Positions 48,901-56,375 of a DNA stretch of 64,000 nucleotides are shown here, piece after piece. Location: the IMG/VR virus record IMGVR_UViG_3300023174_000076; one strand, 5' to 3'. Within the stretch, counting starts at the first letter, position 1. Each line of letters starts with the position of its first letter. Source of the stretch: an uncultured virus (IMG/VR IMGVR_UViG_3300023174_000076). Its lineage: Duplodnaviria > Heunggongvirae > Uroviricota > Caudoviricetes. A program made the position numbers and the translations under genes. The notes beneath the pieces are model-generated. The model made no database searches, was not told the DNA's origin, and worked only from the letters and a program-made list of their open reading frames with translations.

Positions 48901-50432
48901 CTCTTGACAGACTTGCAGAAAATTTAAATCCCCAAATGCTTGGCGGCATACAGTATACGCATGGTTCTTCTGCTCTTATAAAAGATGTTGTTGCAAGTCT
49001 AACACACGGTAGTTTTGATTCAAGTACAACCTTTACTGATGCAATTAGAAATCAAGCTGGAATTAACGGAAACAATGGCACGGTATCTGGCGGAACAGCG
49101 GCGGCAGCAATAACTGGAGTTGTTGGTGGCTCTGCAGCTGTTGGGTTGGTGGGTGGATCAGCCCTACTCGGGCTTGCGGCAGTGCCAATATTCGGGCAGC
49201 TTGCCTGGAAGGGTTGGCAGTGGGTCAGAGATAATCTATTAGATCAACACGGATGTTATGTCCAATATCTAAATAAAAATGGACAACCAATGGACGCTGG
49301 TCTTTCTTATAATCAGGGAATGGTTGTTGGAAGATACCATTCAAAAGCGTTGCTACCAGGCATGTTGGGCGTAAGAAGAAAAGTCAGAACATCAGACGGC
49401 TATGCATACGTTAGAAGTGATGATATATTTAAGAGTCTTGGTTGGCAGGAAACAGAAATAAAAGAATTAGTTAGATATATAAGTTACGAAAATGCTCTAG
49501 TTCACGCACAGGTTCTTAACCTTTCTGGTCTTGGCCCAGAAAAAACTACATTTGAACCATTCTTTAAAATATTCTGCAGATTAGATACAACAACAGGCAT
49601 AGAAGAAAGCGGAGTAATTGACGCCGATACAATACATGTCATCGATATATTGAGTAATGCAAAAATTAAAGTTCGTTTTGATGGAATAAATGCTCCTGAA
49701 AAATCGATTATAACTTCAGCTTATTATAATCAACAATCATCTGAAGTAGAAATAATTGATAAATCTTCTCCAGGTTTCAAAAGTACTCAGTTTACATTAA
49801 ATGCATTAAAAAATAAAGTATTCTTATTAAGAGTTAAAAAATCAAGAGAAACAGGCGGACTTGCTAGTGAATCTGATATAGAAAATTTTGAACCCGGTGC
49901 TGGTTTTAATAAAGAAACTAATTATCTAAAAGAAATATACGATAGAACACTCGCTACTATCTTCTATAACGTTTCTGGAGAAAAGCTAATTAGCCTTAAA
50001 GATTTTGTATATAATTTATTTGTTTCTAATAATTTTAATAAATCAAAAATAGAAGAAGCTTTTAAAGATAGTTTTTTTGATTCAGTTATGCGTACAAAAT
50101 ATCGAGTTATTTTTAATTCTATTTATTCCTCTGCTTTAGTAGATCATATTTCAAACTACATAATTGGGAATAGCGAAATAACTAATCCAGAACTTAGAAA
50201 ACTATTCTGCGCAATGGTGGAAATGAAGAGATTAGAGCAAATATATAAATCAGCTTCAAGATGGCCAATGGTGCTGTGGGACGAGTACTATGATGATGGA
50301 ACCCCATATACCCTTAACTGGGAACTAGTAGTAAATAACTTAGCTACTGTTTTTACAAATGATTTATTAACGGAATCTGATTCAGTTAATAAAGCAATAG
50401 ATTCTGTTGGAATACCAACTAAGGTGGAATAA
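39918..50432 (+). CDS. Giant baseplate hub-like protein (3504 aa) with C-terminal staphylococcal-nuclease-like domain
   Basis: Hub motifs IRLKPG.RVHLR.GYG...LFNG.I and G.L.I.GNP.IRPHD.VYI.D....GLFEV..V.H.F....GF.T.I. Nuclease motifs VIDADT, VRFDGINAPE and YDRTLA. Confidence 0.7.
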   Translation: MSNNENASESENQYISVFPDAAEETFYKLLTQLDNRFQAVTRNNFEQMLKYSVLGGLGQNYEESKAATLRIFSGSDIDRIKLLDTKSKSKLFKKLIDTGLYDLAFWSFPISEFGKQRLSSISSAKTGAADALNPTRDTAWLTRLTNVVRNISYDPITLSIINSYFPSLVTFLFDAIAVTADYSTSGGEVNGESDDSVNNMKDFITSLEKAFGRGLNDSNQSFKEAVFTMAFNFENTAKRMRKVLDNSPYRQNNQPTSPDVFHLRIGAANFFVPPLSIDVNTAFKTGSLTGGALRQKNTPKFNSGYKESSIKMRLFFPNYEEIWGISIDDASKIVLKDNYEIDFKTDGASDQKIDKFLSSLRGLVAAFKYSPFLPIRNHYLNRVHGITAVALSSLSISTVPNFPFALAVDVELLNFNHKPLLPMIKDFNQAIHWGKYRQFMGKAAGALHSYVNESFLMKTTDEKKSTEDADVKTGTVTVGTGTYEVSPYGASLIKAAAYYDDILKTNIVSEWNDGRNISFYVPAETQTKIFLPDATSFRNDEERLFSDQGQDYWGKILNGFGIDINESAGYGLSLSGTYNLSKNNGINPNIRYHLLTIMDILTAGLNDNEYRKKVYSYVATLFVKENSLDGTEQSYILDFDSTNIPAQAGTKTYIFNSVSYEDTNLQTMKKLLKEISKSSEGLLHQQTKAIADSQARKAGVPVPEIVKECTTAYQKIYDRVRDQIKEGFNLTLYEKFFKSAPIEELLEAARAKQGAFTFREWEVPMLKIDLDPAAAIVTGVSLTLGNNIAKLQLQMQDEPTYQHIGGKDTFINISMKIIGEKELTKLKRIFDHVNALARLEHSTGVLGFIGIKNIVTALSGVKYVLPSNFSVNTIPGFPHVYEVNISLIDFDVFQQAREKLDSNQQRELIEHFSTKRNPFLRIKQMWGLFNAYPDLPLEVKNNKNETVGHLDPDFYFRSFDMFDKDIINNISTAPKELDIPNPNDGVGQKITKEMHSHIANEIVNFLRTYPSSDSKNGLVQDARKQVLNDVIYFIEKTDINFDQFISVFEKVIYDPNYFGMDNSNERSRINFLKKNLITDYLEYTETEDEAVGEFMNKVSSAPYQVGSISSSSSELLSELKATLAGKYNLKDEELVSFDPDELEFHHIINIYPIKDKDEPSKIPASIQTALGTNLGYIDSDKDGRFYLTLDGVNVKKTEKGAKIEPRGISDKHSDPSYSATKSAIAGSTAYSNYQQPYSHGAGTSPEVMNSSKPVDTVESHWEKMLVDTQYRDVSGRMLRAFPTYMLWLIDEGGYFAGVKLFDNFYGLQSIIDFSVIQSEDLLGDTLVFRVSNLYSKLSTKESSSFFSVDSEYSQDNPGLTDGLSSIIDVTLNKARNVLAHMQNDYVVDIENIRLKPGVRVHLRGGYGANPNSLQTLFNGVISQVELGEIVTVTAQSDAIELGAVVNSTNKKGDSGKIDGGINTGLWLSEPRDLMVRLLSMGASRFREGIAYANRGLVFSENKFGIRHFGSIVYEPLTTDEERKHQARIDAIADAYNAVGTGDASGSGRAALDMAVGTNEFRTPVFSLMNQLWSNFSQSRDFEIFKRNIYPGNGTGIAQFLGGDLGDGWTSVSSITPVSQPNERIEYLSRLTDRSWNGLVQKYGEENPDAKTAIEGLTGAGKIRDNTGSATTGSAITMGGLIGISAVVGGPIGITVGVGAGLLGVLGTRGGNSIFNMLGLTSTLDDDMPGFDEVSFRAQTYMRSVWDLFQTCAKLLPNYIVAVRPFEDRSTVFYGKPHWLYTSGVVPVTTGYPGNEKMGELGISMGPKIVSPDFELSKIITEINKNSSSYADANAFLRDTELTDTIAELTSLQKNAQQYYGTSAKLKGQVINFDSNKSKSLINSEGKTVGKIPKTKGVVTMGFHLPVSSVFTGENKTTSKVISSSSVHSQIPQLPSRFRFPMFTNRADVRGDYGLENFAFQRDSIDGYSKFRRGLDIVEDVLDTTASIGELFTNAPLVAGKWAFRKIFGSGDDDGVASETNQDVYDNYIESVTSVYGDSFASNLFLDNINVIERKLSPEQISDVAQNSYNFTIPIEDVIGSESFVISMPLPRKTNTSEIDFSEWGMPRSVADEQFYIAMRWPYKPNLNESEISKFTKKYFNSETNQLIGSVQDYKNAHVLVYNPDTNNGVVCKPAYFLWGENKSNFLSEGTSSGSSEYNLDIDEKTIDAVVSPDAAYFLGIVSGDDVIFSDGQKKLFNKGKGYSDLPIPRECYFAFVPNTIPLGVATSAFVPGKKFTLVDDSDKQLEDFLIGFGNFEATDNILKATQKAGYKGAGLGGGIQGFVPDRLDDYEKYRTSVGEYYSLAELSPDSIFTYSGNYTDYYKNIYGDIATVTSRDKGYDILDKESAETGDPLTFSADGRKQFKEVFSLADSISIEARKYYDEGYDQSVSVIAGDGRNLDIAQDIWDQFRFGYHTYSSVKTIFFDTFGLDPDSQDDFSQEIMSAFVDGNIPKDIFKKFKDTGGTANDEFAILFGNEEAASRTAAIEFARKNFIDAPASESGLIEYFNLMTLDKIKAFRQNFLIDNSEVLEELSGQKATEDNPLIKTPQQLFLVVVGLFRQAMWADPYARAWLVLRPSRKIGAGLGTAAGRDQWDFRSIDKIFAAFINPNNTYAKDKKKFLQLLYNNKGEGSTASNFVTRATSGLDNFWDRNIGPIFSAMGTALTGMINMFKLNMLQTGYGLSQVGSLSKQANILNRALNDSIYYQLGRSGSLLRAVDNPFTREYGEPVVEIREPFQRIHYLSSFSHILSNQIQETTTNVSTVITAVSDGKYPVTVALDKGAPAERQMESTVETGIYFDNIVGSGFFGFLHPFLHPFETGRGLSKNATGAPDELAAKRVALSHLKENIKDIYSGELLIVGNPDIRPHDIVYIADVYERMYGLFEVEQVIHHFTSELGFVTSITPNALVTVNDPAKWFMTSWIDSWMNMQAIRNDTRLFLDAIRADNSGITLGGDISLDRLAENLNPQMLGGIQYTHGSSALIKDVVASLTHGSFDSSTTFTDAIRNQAGINGNNGTVSGGTAAAAITGVVGGSAAVGLVGGSALLGLAAVPIFGQLAWKGWQWVRDNLLDQHGCYVQYLNKNGQPMDAGLSYNQGMVVGRYHSKALLPGMLGVRRKVRTSDGYAYVRSDDIFKSLGWQETEIKELVRYISYENALVHAQVLNLSGLGPEKTTFEPFFKIFCRLDTTTGIEESGVIDADTIHVIDILSNAKIKVRFDGINAPEKSIITSAYYNQQSSEVEIIDKSSPGFKSTQFTLNALKNKVFLLRVKKSRETGGLASESDIENFEPGAGFNKETNYLKEIYDRTLATIFYNVSGEKLISLKDFVYNLFVSNNFNKSKIEEAFKDSFFDSVMRTKYRVIFNSIYSSALVDHISNYIIGNSEITNPELRKLFCAMVEMKRLEQIYKSASRWPMVLWDEYYDDGTPYTLNWELVVNNLATVFTNDLLTESDSVNKAIDSVGIPTKVE

Positions 50433-50433
50433 T

Positions 50434-50565
50434 ATGTCTTTTTTTAATATCAATTCCGAAAATTTAGCTGATTCTAAATCTTTCACTAAAGCAATAGTTG
50501 ATAATATCGTTCCTAAAAATGGAATAGCAATTACAAAAACTTCTTTAGCAGAAAGACGGATATGA
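50434..50565 (+). CDS. N-terminal 41-43 codons of the tail lysin (joined to the downstream frame by a +1 shift)
   Basis: ATG 1 nt after the hub stop, preceded by AAGGTGG. Reads MSFFNINSENLADSKSFTKAIVDNIVPKNGIAITKTSLAER-R(CGG)-I-stop. Too short for the ORF track. Confidence 0.6.
   Translation: MSFFNINSENLADSKSFTKAIVDNIVPKNGIAITKTSLAERRI
50557..50560 (+). other. Candidate +1 frameshift site CGG-A (site 2)
   Basis: aga CGG Ata tga. The +1 frame is closed by TAG at 50546-50548, so the shift window is only 50549-50565. Confidence 0.65.
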
Positions 50566-52495
50566 AGGACAAACATTAAACTCAACCGATATTCTTTCGG
50601 CAGCTTCGGGTAAAGAACTTTTTGGTAATGAAAATTATGGAAATATGTTTAGGGCAGATATGGCAAGGGAGAGCCTTAATTCGATAGCCACAAGTGCTTT
50701 TGAATATCAAGTAACAGATAAATCTAAATTTACTGGAGATGTAGTATCTAATTTTTTAACTTCCGGATCTTTTGGCAGAAAGTACAATGATGGATTAATT
50801 AGTGATTTAGATTCTGCAATTAGATCAAAATATTCTGTTGGAGGATTATCTGAGACCGTATATAATGTAGGTGGCTATGGCCATAGTTCGGTAAATTATG
50901 GCCAATCTGCTATGGTTGGCGCTGGAATAATGCCAATTGCAAGAATTTCCAAATTAACCGCTGTTCAAAAATCGTGGTACTCAGAGAGGGGTGGTTTACT
51001 AGACTCAAAATTAGGCACTGGTATTAAAGCTGGTTTTTTATTTGATATTAATAATTTAAATACTGAAGCAGTATATGACACAGGCACTATAGTCCCTGGA
51101 CTTACCGATGCTATCGACAGAAGAATAGCCGCAGATATAATATCTGCTGGAGCAGAACGAGCCTTTGTATCTGCGTCATTAACAGAATTTTTATTAGCTT
51201 TGTTATCTGACTCTTTTGGTTCATCATTAAAAATTGGAGGTGGGTTTGGCCTTGAAAGACAGAATGATACTCCAAAGGTTGAAGGAGCTGTAGCAAATGC
51301 AATAACAGATCATGCTTTTGGTAGAGCTTTTGATTTTAGTAAAATACAAAAAGTTTCTGGATCAAATCCAAGTCCCATTAATACTGCTAAGGGTCATGTA
51401 GAACAGTTAATGATTTTATTGGAAAAAATGAACGCAATGCCGCCGTACCTAATTCCAGACTACATTGCCGTATCCGCAAAATATGTAGATCAATCTTATG
51501 ATACTTACGATAGTAAAACAAATCAATTATGGGCTAAGTATCCAAATTTAAAATACTTAAAACTAAAAAGAGATACTTCTGGGGTTCACGATAACCATAT
51601 ACACATTGGTTTTTCTCCAGCAAGAGGCGGCATTTATTCGGGTCCAGGTGGGCTTTTATACAATCCAGCTTCAGCTTCTGGAACTTCTTCGGCAGCAAAG
51701 TCAGCAGTAAATCTAGTCCTAAACCAACCATCTCCTTATGGCCCAATGCCAACAAATATTTTCAGAAGAGATTTTACAAAAAATACTAACTCGCCTAAAC
51801 CGGAAGAAGTATTTTTGGCATTAACAGAAGTAGGATATTTTTCTGACGAAACTGCAGCTATATTTGTTGCATTATCAAATAGAGAATCGCTTAGAAGAGT
51901 TTATGTAGTTGATCAATATGGCGCAATTGGACTTTGGCAAATATCTGCAGGTTCGACAGACGGTGGGAATATTCCAGTTTATATAAAATTGCCACAACCA
52001 GAAAAAATTGATCCATTTGGAAAAATGGCTTATGTAAATTGGCAAAAAGAAAATTTAACAAATGAACAAATTTTTCAAAAAATTAAAGATCAAGGGAAAA
52101 CACAAGATAAAGGAATAGGAAATTATGATACAAGATTGTGGAATTTAACTAATCAAGTATGGCTTCTTAGGTCCAAAATAAATAGAGGTAATATAAAATC
52201 AATCGTTAATGATTTGCCAGTATTCCCATGGGGAGATTACGGCGGTTCTAATGCGCCTAAATATGGATGGGTTTCTTCAACTAGTGGATCATTTTGTAGA
52301 TTTGCAGACGCTTATGATGTTTATAATAAAATGACTGGAAAAACAAAAGAAAACTTAAAAGAATTTTTAATGTCTGAATCTCTAGCTAATTCAAGAACAC
52401 TGCAAAAAGATGTTTGGATAGCAAAAAATAATAAAACAATTCTAGAGAATTGGATTGACGGAGTTGATTATCCAAAAGTAAATTTAGGTTCTTAA
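50558..52495 (+). CDS. Tail-associated lysin: M15/LAS-type Zn peptidase-like plus lytic-transglycosylase-like domains (track start 50645)
   Basis: DHAFGRAFD (H-x6-D) and HDNHIH (HxH), then ALSNRES ... GAIGLWQI. The frame is open from 50549, with its first ATG at 50645. Confidence 0.7.
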   Translation, partial: GYEGQTLNSTDILSAASGKELFGNENYGNMFRADMARESLNSIATSAFEYQVTDKSKFTGDVVSNFLTSGSFGRKYNDGLISDLDSAIRSKYSVGGLSETVYNVGGYGHSSVNYGQSAMVGAGIMPIARISKLTAVQKSWYSERGGLLDSKLGTGIKAGFLFDINNLNTEAVYDTGTIVPGLTDAIDRRIAADIISAGAERAFVSASLTEFLLALLSDSFGSSLKIGGGFGLERQNDTPKVEGAVANAITDHAFGRAFDFSKIQKVSGSNPSPINTAKGHVEQLMILLEKMNAMPPYLIPDYIAVSAKYVDQSYDTYDSKTNQLWAKYPNLKYLKLKRDTSGVHDNHIHIGFSPARGGIYSGPGGLLYNPASASGTSSAAKSAVNLVLNQPSPYGPMPTNIFRRDFTKNTNSPKPEEVFLALTEVGYFSDETAAIFVALSNRESLRRVYVVDQYGAIGLWQISAGSTDGGNIPVYIKLPQPEKIDPFGKMAYVNWQKENLTNEQIFQKIKDQGKTQDKGIGNYDTRLWNLTNQVWLLRSKINRGNIKSIVNDLPVFPWGDYGGSNAPKYGWVSSTSGSFCRFADAYDVYNKMTGKTKENLKEFLMSESLANSRTLQKDVWIAKNNKTILENWIDGVDYPKVNLGS

Positions 52496-52516
52496 AATTA
52501 AAACTAAGGAAAAACA

Positions 52517-52885
52517 ATGGCAATAAATTATCCAAAATTTGATAATAAAATTCAATCTAAAATTGATAACTCAAGAATGCGTCAGGCAAAAACAAGGCCT
52601 GGCGTAATAATGAAATTTGATCCAGTAACAAATTCAGCTGATGTTATAATAGATGATCAATACTCTGGAGAAATGGGCAACATTATATCCGGAGTCCCGT
52701 GCCCTACAATACCAGGAATCCAAACAGTTTCCCCAAATCCGGGAGCACGATGTCTAGTAGGTTTTAGGGATGACAATGAAAGATTCGCCTATATAATTAC
52801 CTTCTTTGAAGAGGGAACATTAGATTCAAATTACATGTATAATTATACGGTGAATACCGGTGTACCGAAGTTTATGTCGAGGTAA
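52517..52885 (+). CDS. Putative baseplate spike N-terminal OB-fold protein
   Basis: RPG.I.KFD..TN.ADV ... VPCP...G.....P.PG..C.VGF, plus synteny after the lysin. Confidence 0.6.
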   Translation: MAINYPKFDNKIQSKIDNSRMRQAKTRPGVIMKFDPVTNSADVIIDDQYSGEMGNIISGVPCPTIPGIQTVSPNPGARCLVGFRDDNERFAYIITFFEEGTLDSNYMYNYTVNTGVPKFMSR

Positions 52886-52887
52886 AA

Positions 52888-53529
52888 ATGACGATTAGCT
52901 ATCCAAGTGATATAGAGCCAGAAAAGAATTTTCCAATATCTGATGAATTAAAAAGAAGAAATGAATTTTCAAAAAGAGAAGTTGGTTTAAACCATCCAGA
53001 TAATAGTTCATTTATTAGATTAAATGATGACGGCGATATAGAGATTTTTGCATCCCCAGGAGTAGGAATAGTTATAAGTGGAGCCAGCAGAAGTATATCT
53101 TTATTCGCAGATAAAATTAGATTTTTTTGTTCGGAAAATGAATTAAGATGGAATAATTTTAATTTTAATTATTCAGCTATTGATTATTCTCAGCCAACAT
53201 TAGTCCAAATTGACCACAAGTCAATACATAATGCTCAAAACGACGCACATCATTATTTGGCTAAACTTAAGGATATAGAAGAATCAGAAAAACAAAAAAC
53301 CATTACTATAGAAAGTGATTATGGTTTTGCGTCAAAAGAACCAGAAATTACTCAAGTTTATAGTTCTCGAATTCCTACAGAAGGTTTATCTGAGGATCAA
53401 ATTTTATTAGTACAAAACATATTAACTGAACATACTCCTGATTATATAGAGTATATGGTTGGTCTAATTAAAGAAGGTTATACATTTGCGCAAGCAAAGA
53501 ACAAGGCGGATGAAATAAAGAATGTCTGA
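52888..53529 (+). CDS. Putative baseplate/spike-associated protein
   Basis: Beta-strand repeats GL.HP...SFIRL.DDGDIEIFA..G.GI.I, plus synteny. Confidence 0.5.
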   Translation: MTISYPSDIEPEKNFPISDELKRRNEFSKREVGLNHPDNSSFIRLNDDGDIEIFASPGVGIVISGASRSISLFADKIRFFCSENELRWNNFNFNYSAIDYSQPTLVQIDHKSIHNAQNDAHHYLAKLKDIEESEKQKTITIESDYGFASKEPEITQVYSSRIPTEGLSEDQILLVQNILTEHTPDYIEYMVGLIKEGYTFAQAKNKADEIKNV

Positions 53530-53902
53530 TTTATACTTTACTATGACTGGCGATATATTAATCAATGGCAATAAAGATATAGCCATTACATCATCCTCTG
53601 CCCAAGACGACATACAGCAAGTTTACCTAAGGCTTATGACTGAACCTGGAGATTTTTATATCTATCCTTCTTTAGGGACTGATTTATCTGTACTATATGG
53701 TATGCCACAATCAAAAGAAACCGGAGAAATGGGAAAGAGATTGATAAGGGCTGCCCTAGAAAGAGAAGATATCTTTAGGGGAAGAAGCATCGTCATAGAT
53801 GCAATTCCAACCGGTTCAGACTCAATTAGATTTGATGTTCATATGATAACAGATAAAACAGACCCAATCGTTCTTTCTGTAACTCAAAACCTAGGAGCGT
53901 AA
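53522..53902 (+). CDS. Baseplate wedge / sheath initiator (gp25/W-like)
   Basis: DL.FT..GD ... Q...LRL.TE.GD...YP.LG.DL..L.G ... I..AL, immediately before the J-like gene. Confidence 0.75.
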   Translation: MSDLYFTMTGDILINGNKDIAITSSSAQDDIQQVYLRLMTEPGDFYIYPSLGTDLSVLYGMPQSKETGEMGKRLIRAALEREDIFRGRSIVIDAIPTGSDSIRFDVHMITDKTDPIVLSVTQNLGA

Positions 53903-55072
53903 ATGCCTATATATGGAGAAAAAGAAAAAGCAGACATTTTAGTTAATGTACTGAATTCAATGGAGCGCAACGCAGGGATCTCAGCTGCCTATCCAGGCTC
54001 TATTGCTAGAGCTTTTGCTGAGGCTTTTAGTACAGAAATAGCAGACCTATATTCATCCTTAAACTTCACAATTAGGCAAGGTGCTCTTTCTACCGCAAGT
54101 GGAAGAAATCTTGACTTAATTGGTGAACTATACGGCGTTTCAAGAAAAGAAATATCCGATGCCGCCGCACTTGAAAGACAGTCTTTTAATATAGAATTTT
54201 TTATAGATAATCCATATAGCCAAAATATAATAATTCCTGGTGGCACCTATCTTTATACTAACGTAGAAAGCTACGCAGTAAGACAGTATAGATTTAAGCT
54301 AAACGGCGACATAACAATAGCCGCCGGCACAACTAGAGCTTATGGTTTGGCAGTTCCAGATTTTGATGATAATACCTACGTTGCTGCGAGTGGCTCCATA
54401 ACTCAACATAACTTTATTGCTCCACCAGGAGTTGTTGCATATTGCATGAACACAAAGGAAATATACTCAGCAATTAATTCTGAGTCAGATGATAACTTTA
54501 GAAGAAGAATAATTTCATCAATTAAAACTCGAGCTGCAGGCACAACAGAGTCAGTACGATTTGCCGCCCTTTCCGTTAAGGGCGTAAGAGATGTTAGGAT
54601 AAGAGAAAGTTCTTACGGCATAGGATCTTGTGATGTGATTGTAGTCCCAGAATCATTGTCTGGAATTAAAAGAATGCCAGACACAATACTTTCGTCTATA
54701 GCATCAGTTAAGCCAGCTGGGGTAAGGTTTAATATTAGAATAGCAGAACAAATACCGGTAGATGTTCAGATTAGTATCACGATAGCATCTGCCGCAAATG
54801 GCACAATAGAAGCTGGAATAAAGAATCAAGCAGCTCTTTTTGTAAAAAGATATTTAAATTCACTTACGATAGGAGATACCGTTTCTGTTGGAGAAATAGA
54901 AAGACAAGTAAGACTTTCTTCAGACTTTGTTAGGTATGTCACGATTAACGCCTTAAGCGCAAATGGTGAATCTATATCCATAAAAGATTTTACTCCGTCT
55001 AGCGATAAAGTTTACCCCGGAGCTGGAAGTGTTAGTGTTTTATCTGTTATAATGGGTCAATCAAATTATTAA
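53903..55072 (+). CDS. Baseplate J-like wedge protein
   Basis: Motifs PGS.ARA, TASG..LDLIG...GV.R, ESDD.FR.RI, GT..S...A.LSV.GV.D, G.G..DV.V and Y.NSL.IG. Confidence 0.85.
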   Translation: MPIYGEKEKADILVNVLNSMERNAGISAAYPGSIARAFAEAFSTEIADLYSSLNFTIRQGALSTASGRNLDLIGELYGVSRKEISDAAALERQSFNIEFFIDNPYSQNIIIPGGTYLYTNVESYAVRQYRFKLNGDITIAAGTTRAYGLAVPDFDDNTYVAASGSITQHNFIAPPGVVAYCMNTKEIYSAINSESDDNFRRRIISSIKTRAAGTTESVRFAALSVKGVRDVRIRESSYGIGSCDVIVVPESLSGIKRMPDTILSSIASVKPAGVRFNIRIAEQIPVDVQISITIASAANGTIEAGIKNQAALFVKRYLNSLTIGDTVSVGEIERQVRLSSDFVRYVTINALSANGESISIKDFTPSSDKVYPGAGSVSVLSVIMGQSNY

Positions 55073-55099
55073 CATCAAAAAGTCACAGGTCTTTGATAT

Positions 55100-56359
55100 A
55101 TGAAAAATTTTGTTATAACAAATAAGTATATAGTGCGTGCTCCAAACATTGGACAAGCAAAGAGTATTGTTTTTGAGGGTGTCGGCAATGGCGATATATT
55201 AGGTGATTCGCTACATGCAGCTGAAATAAATGATGATGAAATCACTGATTTTATTAATGATAAAGATTCAATGTACACTCAATCTTCTGTCATTACCTTA
55301 GAAGATCCTTCTATGTACGAAGACAAAGAATATGACTCAACTGATCCAGTGTCAGATGTATCTGATTCACGAAATGAATTTTTAAGATCAGAAAATAGAA
55401 GATTGGCTAAGAGAGTACAGACTCTTAAGAATGTGCAAGATGAGGTTGTAAGAGCAGCCTACGCTGCAGCTTACGACGCCTTTGCCGGCTTTGAGTTCCC
55501 AGAAATTAAAGCTCCTTCTTTAAAGAAGAATAAAGAAAAAGTTCCCGAAACTGCAGTAGTGGTCTTTGCAGACTGGCAAATGGGTAAGGTAACACCTGAC
55601 TATAATACTAATGTATTAGAAGAAAGAATAGAAAGATATACAGAAAAGCTGTTAGAAATAACAGAGATTCAAAGAATGGATCATGAAGTAAATGACCTTC
55701 ATATTTGGTTGTTAGGCGATATAGTCGAAGGTGAAGAGATTTTTCCTGGGCAAAGCCACCTTATAGACTCTGGCCTGTATAGACAAGTTGCCGTTAATGG
55801 TCCAAGAATACTTGGGAACTTTGTTAAGACCGCATTGGAAAATTTTAATCACGTACACATTACTGGCGTGATAGGAAACCATGGAGCGGTAGGCGGAAGA
55901 GCACGCAAACAGCACGATCCAGAAACCAACATGGATAGAATGCTCTATAAGATTATTGAGTTGATTGTTGGAGATGACGAAAGAGTAACCTTTAACATCC
56001 CAGATGGCGTAGGAGAAAGAAACTGGTATGCCGTTGATACAATCGGCAATTACAGCAGCTTGTTAATTCATGGCGATCAAATGCCTGCACCAAATGCTTT
56101 CCATGGTTACTATAAAAAAATAATGGGATGGAAAGATGGAGCAATTCCTGAACATTTTGATGATGTTTTTATGGGCCATTATCATCAGCAATTTAAGATG
56201 ACAATAGGAAGCTCCATGTTAAGAATATCTGGTTCCCCAGAAAGCTATAACACCTATGCTCAAGAATACTTCTCGTCTATGAGCAGACCTTGTCAGCATT
56301 TAATGTTCGTGCACCCAGAAAATGGAATTACTTCTGAGTACTCTATTTGGCTAGATTAA
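55100..56359 (+). CDS. Calcineurin-like metallophosphoesterase (nuclease/phosphatase family)
   Basis: Motifs ADWQ.GK, LGD.VEG, GNHG, IHGD and MGHYH, with an acidic and coiled-coil N-terminus. Confidence 0.8.
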   Translation: MKNFVITNKYIVRAPNIGQAKSIVFEGVGNGDILGDSLHAAEINDDEITDFINDKDSMYTQSSVITLEDPSMYEDKEYDSTDPVSDVSDSRNEFLRSENRRLAKRVQTLKNVQDEVVRAAYAAAYDAFAGFEFPEIKAPSLKKNKEKVPETAVVVFADWQMGKVTPDYNTNVLEERIERYTEKLLEITEIQRMDHEVNDLHIWLLGDIVEGEEIFPGQSHLIDSGLYRQVAVNGPRILGNFVKTALENFNHVHITGVIGNHGAVGGRARKQHDPETNMDRMLYKIIELIVGDDERVTFNIPDGVGERNWYAVDTIGNYSSLLIHGDQMPAPNAFHGYYKKIMGWKDGAIPEHFDDVFMGHYHQQFKMTIGSSMLRISGSPESYNTYAQEYFSSMSRPCQHLMFVHPENGITSEYSIWLD

Positions 56360-56375
56360 TTAAAGAGGATTAGTA

